Assembly: GCA_027623675.1 (NCBI GenBank) | Contig: JAQBVF010000018.1 | Location: 13,356 to 77,355 of the forward strand | Source of the DNA: Chloroflexota bacterium | GTDB taxonomy: Bacteria > Chloroflexota > Dehalococcoidia > Lucifugimonadales > UBA3495 | Reading direction: 5' to 3' | DNA length: 64,000 nucleotides | Part shown: one piece after another, positions 60,110 to 64,000 of the stretch | Numbering within the stretch: the stretch's first letter is position 1 | Layout of the letters: every line of letters begins with the position of its first letter | The notes under the pieces: generated by a model | Databases searched by the model: none | What the model was told of the DNA's origin: nothing | Seen by the model: the letters and a program-made list of their open reading frames with translations, nothing else | Made by a program: the position numbers and the translations under genes

Positions 60110-61600
60110 ATGAGCTTTGACCTTGGGAATGTCCCGGACGATACACCGGAGATGACCGTGGATAAGGCTGAGGAAGCCGCTGCTCCGCTGGGCAAGGTCC
60201 TAGTGGCCGTTGCCGCCACTCTGGGCATGTTTCTGGCGGCCATGGACACCTCGTTGAACGTGGCGCTGCCGGCCATCACCGAAGACTTGAACGCCGATCT
60301 CCAGAGCATCCAGTGGGTGATCGTCGTATTCATCGCCACCCAGGCGTCGTTGGTCATGGGCGCCGGCAGTTTCGCCGACCGGTTCGGTCTGAAGCCGGTT
60401 TATCTCTTTGGCACCACCACGTATCTGGTGTCCATGTTCTTTATCGCCTTCTCGCCCAACCTGGAAATGGTGGTGGGGTTCCGGGTGCTGCAGGCGTTGG
60501 GCACCGGGTGCTTGTTCGCAGTGTCGCCGGCCATCGCCGCCGGCGTTTTCCCCAGTCACCGCCGGGGCTTGGGCATGGGTTTCACCATGGGCAGCCAGGC
60601 CTTGGGCATGCTGGCGGGCACTATCGGCGCCGGATTGCTCGTCGGGTGGCTTGGCTGGGAGTGGATATTCTTGGGCCGGACGCCCTTCGCTGTGACCGCC
60701 ACGGTTCTCGGTATCTTTGTGTTAGAACGCCGCCGGCGCACTATGACGGCCGGCCCGGGGTTTGACGTTTTGGGGGCCGCGATGCTGGTCGGCGGACTGC
60801 TTTCTTTGGTGGTTGGCCTGAGATTGGGCCGGTCCCTTGGCTGGAGTTCCCCGGCGGTGCTTACGTTGCTGCCTTTGGCTCCCATTTTCCTGGCCGCATT
60901 TTGGCGGGTGGAACGCACCGCCCAATGGCCGGTCCTGCCGGGCTATATGCTCAGAATCAGGGGTTTCACCGTCTCCTGTACTTGTATGTTCATGGCTAAT
61001 CTCAGCGTTTTTGTCATCTGGTTCATATTTCCCTTCTACATGGCCGACAGCCTGGGGGAGGGCGCTCTGGCCCTGGGGTTGATGCTGGCGACCATGGCTT
61101 TCTTGAACACGGTTTGCGCCGGTGTGGGCGGCTGGCTCTGCGATAGGTTCGGCAACCTGCCCGTGGGGTGCGCCGGCCTGTTGGTGGTGGCTTTTGGGCT
61201 GCTGAATATGGGCTTCCTAGACACGCGGTCTAACCTGGGTGATGTGGCCTTGAGCATCGCGGTGGTCGGCGCCGGGTTGGGGTTCTTCCAGGCCGCAGCC
61301 TACGCTCTGATGTTGGGGAGCGTGCCGTCCGAGAGGTTCGGGACTGCCGGGGCGGCACTGTCGCTGTCGCAGTCCTGCGGACGAGTCCTGGCCGTGGCGG
61401 TGATCGGCGGTGTTTTCGCCTGGCGGAGCGAACATTACCTGGCTGGGTCGGTTGCGGGTGTAGACGCGGAAGGGGTGGCGTTCATCAAGGCGTTCAAAGA
61501 TGTTTTTCTTATCGGATCCTCCATCGGGCTGCTGGCCGCCTTGGTGTTCCTGTCTGGAGGCTGGAGGCGGGGCCGGACAGCTCCGTCTTTTCCTTTATAA
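60110..61600 (+). CDS. MFS transporter (DHA2/EmrB-like)
   Basis: MDTSLNVALP, GSFADRFG, FRVLQALG, W.WIF; many hydrophobic segments. Confidence 0.88.
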   Translation: MSFDLGNVPDDTPEMTVDKAEEAAAPLGKVLVAVAATLGMFLAAMDTSLNVALPAITEDLNADLQSIQWVIVVFIATQASLVMGAGSFADRFGLKPVYLFGTTTYLVSMFFIAFSPNLEMVVGFRVLQALGTGCLFAVSPAIAAGVFPSHRRGLGMGFTMGSQALGMLAGTIGAGLLVGWLGWEWIFLGRTPFAVTATVLGIFVLERRRRTMTAGPGFDVLGAAMLVGGLLSLVVGLRLGRSLGWSSPAVLTLLPLAPIFLAAFWRVERTAQWPVLPGYMLRIRGFTVSCTCMFMANLSVFVIWFIFPFYMADSLGEGALALGLMLATMAFLNTVCAGVGGWLCDRFGNLPVGCAGLLVVAFGLLNMGFLDTRSNLGDVALSIAVVGAGLGFFQAAAYALMLGSVPSERFGTAGAALSLSQSCGRVLAVAVIGGVFAWRSEHYLAGSVAGVDAEGVAFIKAFKDVFLIGSSIGLLAALVFLSGGWRRGRTAPSFPL

Positions 61601-61712
61601 CCAGGTCTATAACCAGGCCCGAATGACCAAGCCCGTGACACGCGGGTTTGACGGGGATAGTAAACTTTCGGCGGGACCCCAACTAATAATGATGATTCAG
61701 GAGATTGGGTAA

Positions 61713-62870
61713 ATGGCCCTTCAATTCGGCGTATTCGACCACATCGAGCCTGTTCCAGGTTTGGGACTACAAGAAACCTACAACCTGCGCATGGAACAGA
61801 TAGAGGTGCTGGATAAAGCCGGCTATTATGCCTACCACCTGGCTGAGCATCACACTCCGGCGGTACACAGTCTAGCTCCCTCTCAGAACGTGTTCCTGGC
61901 CGCGGTGTCACAGCGTACCAGCAACATCCGGTTCGGGCCGGGAATCTGCGTGCTGCCACTGCATCACCCCGTCCAGCTCATAGAGGAATACTGCATGCTG
62001 GACCATCTGAGCGGCGGACGCCTGGAGATCGGTGTTGGCCGGGGCGGCGTATTCGAAGCCTTCTTCTGGGGCCAGGACGCGGATGTGGAATCCAACTACG
62101 CCCGCTACCGCGAGACGCTGAGCGCCGTGCAAAACGGTTTGAGCCACGATGAGCTGACCCACCACGGTGAATTTTACAACTTCGACGAGTTACCCATGCG
62201 CCTGCGGCCGCTTCAGGAACCCATGCCGCCTTTCTGGTACATGCGTAACGTGGAAACGGCGGCGATGGACGGTATGAACACCATCATCGTGGGTGGTCTG
62301 GATAGCTTTGAAGCCAACGTTAGACGCTACCACCGAGAGTGGGATAAGCATCAGGGTGTTGGGGCGCTCACGGCCCAGGGCACCGAGCCCAAGATTGGTT
62401 TGGTCGTCCACCTGCTGCTGGCGGACACCGATGAAGAAGCGATGGCGCAGGCCAAGCCGGCCTGGGACCATTACAGTTGGAACCTGGGAACGCCCAGGAG
62501 ACTGGAGGCCGAAAGGCGGGGTCTGACCCAGTTTCAGGGCGAAGGGATGAACCCCCGGCCTGCAGCCATTCCTGCCAGGGAGATCCCCCAGGAAGAAAGG
62601 CGCGACCTTGCCGCCACGCTCGAGGATGAGGAGCGGATCGAGCGGAGGCAGAACCTGCGAGGCAGGGTGGAAAACGGCCCGGGCGGCGGCGCCGGGTTTG
62701 GCTCGGTGGCTGGCGCGCCGGAAACCATCAGGAAGTACATGGACGAATACGTGGCGACCGGCGCCAACTACTTCGTGGCCGCATTTCAGTGGGGCGACCT
62801 AAGCAACGAACAAGCCATGCGGTCCATAGAGTTGTTCACCAACGAGGTCATGCCCCATTACGCGGGGTAG
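61713..62870 (+). CDS. LLM-class flavin-dependent oxidoreductase
   Basis: YHLAEHHT, LDHLSGGRLEIGVGRG, SIELFTNEVMP. Confidence 0.9.
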   Translation: MALQFGVFDHIEPVPGLGLQETYNLRMEQIEVLDKAGYYAYHLAEHHTPAVHSLAPSQNVFLAAVSQRTSNIRFGPGICVLPLHHPVQLIEEYCMLDHLSGGRLEIGVGRGGVFEAFFWGQDADVESNYARYRETLSAVQNGLSHDELTHHGEFYNFDELPMRLRPLQEPMPPFWYMRNVETAAMDGMNTIIVGGLDSFEANVRRYHREWDKHQGVGALTAQGTEPKIGLVVHLLLADTDEEAMAQAKPAWDHYSWNLGTPRRLEAERRGLTQFQGEGMNPRPAAIPAREIPQEERRDLAATLEDEERIERRQNLRGRVENGPGGGAGFGSVAGAPETIRKYMDEYVATGANYFVAAFQWGDLSNEQAMRSIELFTNEVMPHYAG

Positions 62871-62886
62871 GCCCCAGAGGGACCTG

Positions 62887-63059
62887 GTCCTTCGACAAGC
62901 TCAGGATGAGCGGGATGGCGAGCTCAGGATGAGCGGGATGGCGAGCTCAGGATGAGCGGGATGGCGAGCTGAGGGTGAACGTGGATGGCGGGTTCGGGGC
63001 GAACTTGAGGATTGTCTCAGAATGAGCGAGAGGGCGAGTTCAGGATGACCGAAAGGGAA
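62887..63059 (+). repeat. REP-like unit followed by a decaying 23-bp tandem array (~7 units)
   Basis: AGCTCAGGATGAGCGGGATGGCG identical x3 (62898-62966), then four divergent units; begins within CCTTCGACAAGCTCAGGATGAGCGG. Confidence 0.85.
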
Positions 63060-63162
63060 TGGATCATGACTTGGTCTCGCCGCCGCAGGTGGTGGGATCG
63101 TTGAACCGCCCTTTTTGAGCATCGAGTTTCGTTCCGGAAGATCGAGCATCTCGGTCGCCTGA

Positions 63163-63720
63163 TTATCCGCTCAGAAACTGTTCGCGGGTTACTCCGTAGA
63201 GCGCCAGGTCTTCAAAACTGCCCCACTTCTCAGTGTGCCCTTTAAGGAAACCCTCGGGGAGCATGCCGGCTTTCTGCATGACGCGGCCCGAGGACGGGTT
63301 TCGAGTGAAATGGGCGGCGTAGACCCGGTCGAATCCCAGCCGGTGGAAAGCATGGTCCAGAACGGCTTGCAGCGCTTCGGTGGCGTAGCCCTGGTTCCAG
63401 AACGGCTTGCCGACCCAGTAGGAAAGCTCTGCTTGTTTAGGGGAGCCGGGCTGGCCGTTTTCTGCTAGGTCCAGGTGCAGGGTGATCGCCCCCATAAACG
63501 TACCGTCGGCAGCCAGAGTGATGGCGAAGTGGACCAACTCCCCGGCCTCGCTCTGGCGGCGGCAGGATTCGACCCACCTCTCGGCCATGCCTTTCTCATA
63601 GGGATGCTCGATGTCCCTGGTAGTGGCGGCCACCTCGCGCTCTCCAGCCAAGCGCTGGATATCAGGGGCGTCCGTCAAGGTCAGCGGTCGCAGGACCAGG
63701 CGTTCGGTGTGGATAATCAA
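63163..63720 (-). CDS. GNAT N-acetyltransferase (RimJ/RimL type)
   Basis: TERLVLRP, ELSYWVG.PFWNQGYATEA, NPSSGRVMQKAGM. Confidence 0.9.
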   Translation of the reverse strand: MIIHTERLVLRPLTLTDAPDIQRLAGEREVAATTRDIEHPYEKGMAERWVESCRRQSEAGELVHFAITLAADGTFMGAITLHLDLAENGQPGSPKQAELSYWVGKPFWNQGYATEALQAVLDHAFHRLGFDRVYAAHFTRNPSSGRVMQKAGMLPEGFLKGHTEKWGSFEDLALYGVTREQFLSG

Positions 63721-63770
63721 AGTGGCCCAATACTAGCATGGGAGGGCATAGGGCGGCGTGACTGGGTGCA

Positions 63771-64000
63771 CAGGGCAATCGCATCTCATAGGGATAACAC
63801 CTTGAGAAGGTAGTCCTCATCCCAGCCGGCCCTCAATCTTCTGGCCTTGACCCCACCTTTGGAACTGGTTTCCCGTCTGATCATGTTCAAGGCCATGTGT
63901 CTCATGGTGGCCAGGTTCTCAGGTCCATGTCCCTTGCGCACTCTACTCTCGTCTTCCCGAAAGGCGATATCCAACACCCAATGTAGACTGTTCTCTATGC
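63771..64000 (-). mobile_element. ISAs1-family insertion sequence, right end (transposase C-terminus 63786->64000, cut by window edge)
   Basis: IENSLHWVLDIAFREDESR...N...RH.ALN...R..AGWD..YL motif; terminal sequence GATGCGATTGCCCTG at 63771-63785 immediately after the stop. Confidence 0.9.

Noticed and set aside
62898..63059. CRISPR array
   Set aside because: Units are head-to-tail with no unique spacers, and no cas genes are in the window.

Overview
GC-rich bacterial chromosomal segment. It is most consistent with Chloroflexota/Dehalococcoidia, probably SAR202-like; this is an inference from five luciferase-like monooxygenase (LLM) paralogs, many orphan catabolic enzymes and the yceD-rpmF-fabD-nusB-acpP gene order. 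Core genes include serA, methylmalonyl-CoA mutase/epimerase, rpmF, fabD, nusB, acpP, udg, rnj, ftsK, holA, glmS, thrB, lysC, speD/speE, acs and tRNA-Gly(TCC). They are interleaved with accessory catabolic genes (LLMs, hydrolases, amidase, coxSMG-like), three toxin-antitoxin modules (one apparently intact, two with broken toxins absent from the ORF track), REP-like repeats including a decaying 23-bp tandem array, and the end of an ISAs1 element. The most unusual item is a single 677-aa ORF fusing a DapA/NAL-type aldolase, an MfnB-type furan synthase and a TusA-like sulfur carrier (55846-57879). Also notable are a chlorite-dismutase-like protein retaining the His-x12-Arg catalytic pair, a possible thiol-conjugate processing cluster, and three candidate structured RNAs (17308-17416, the glmS leader, 46958-47156). 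All calls come from reading motifs by eye; no searches or folding programs were run.
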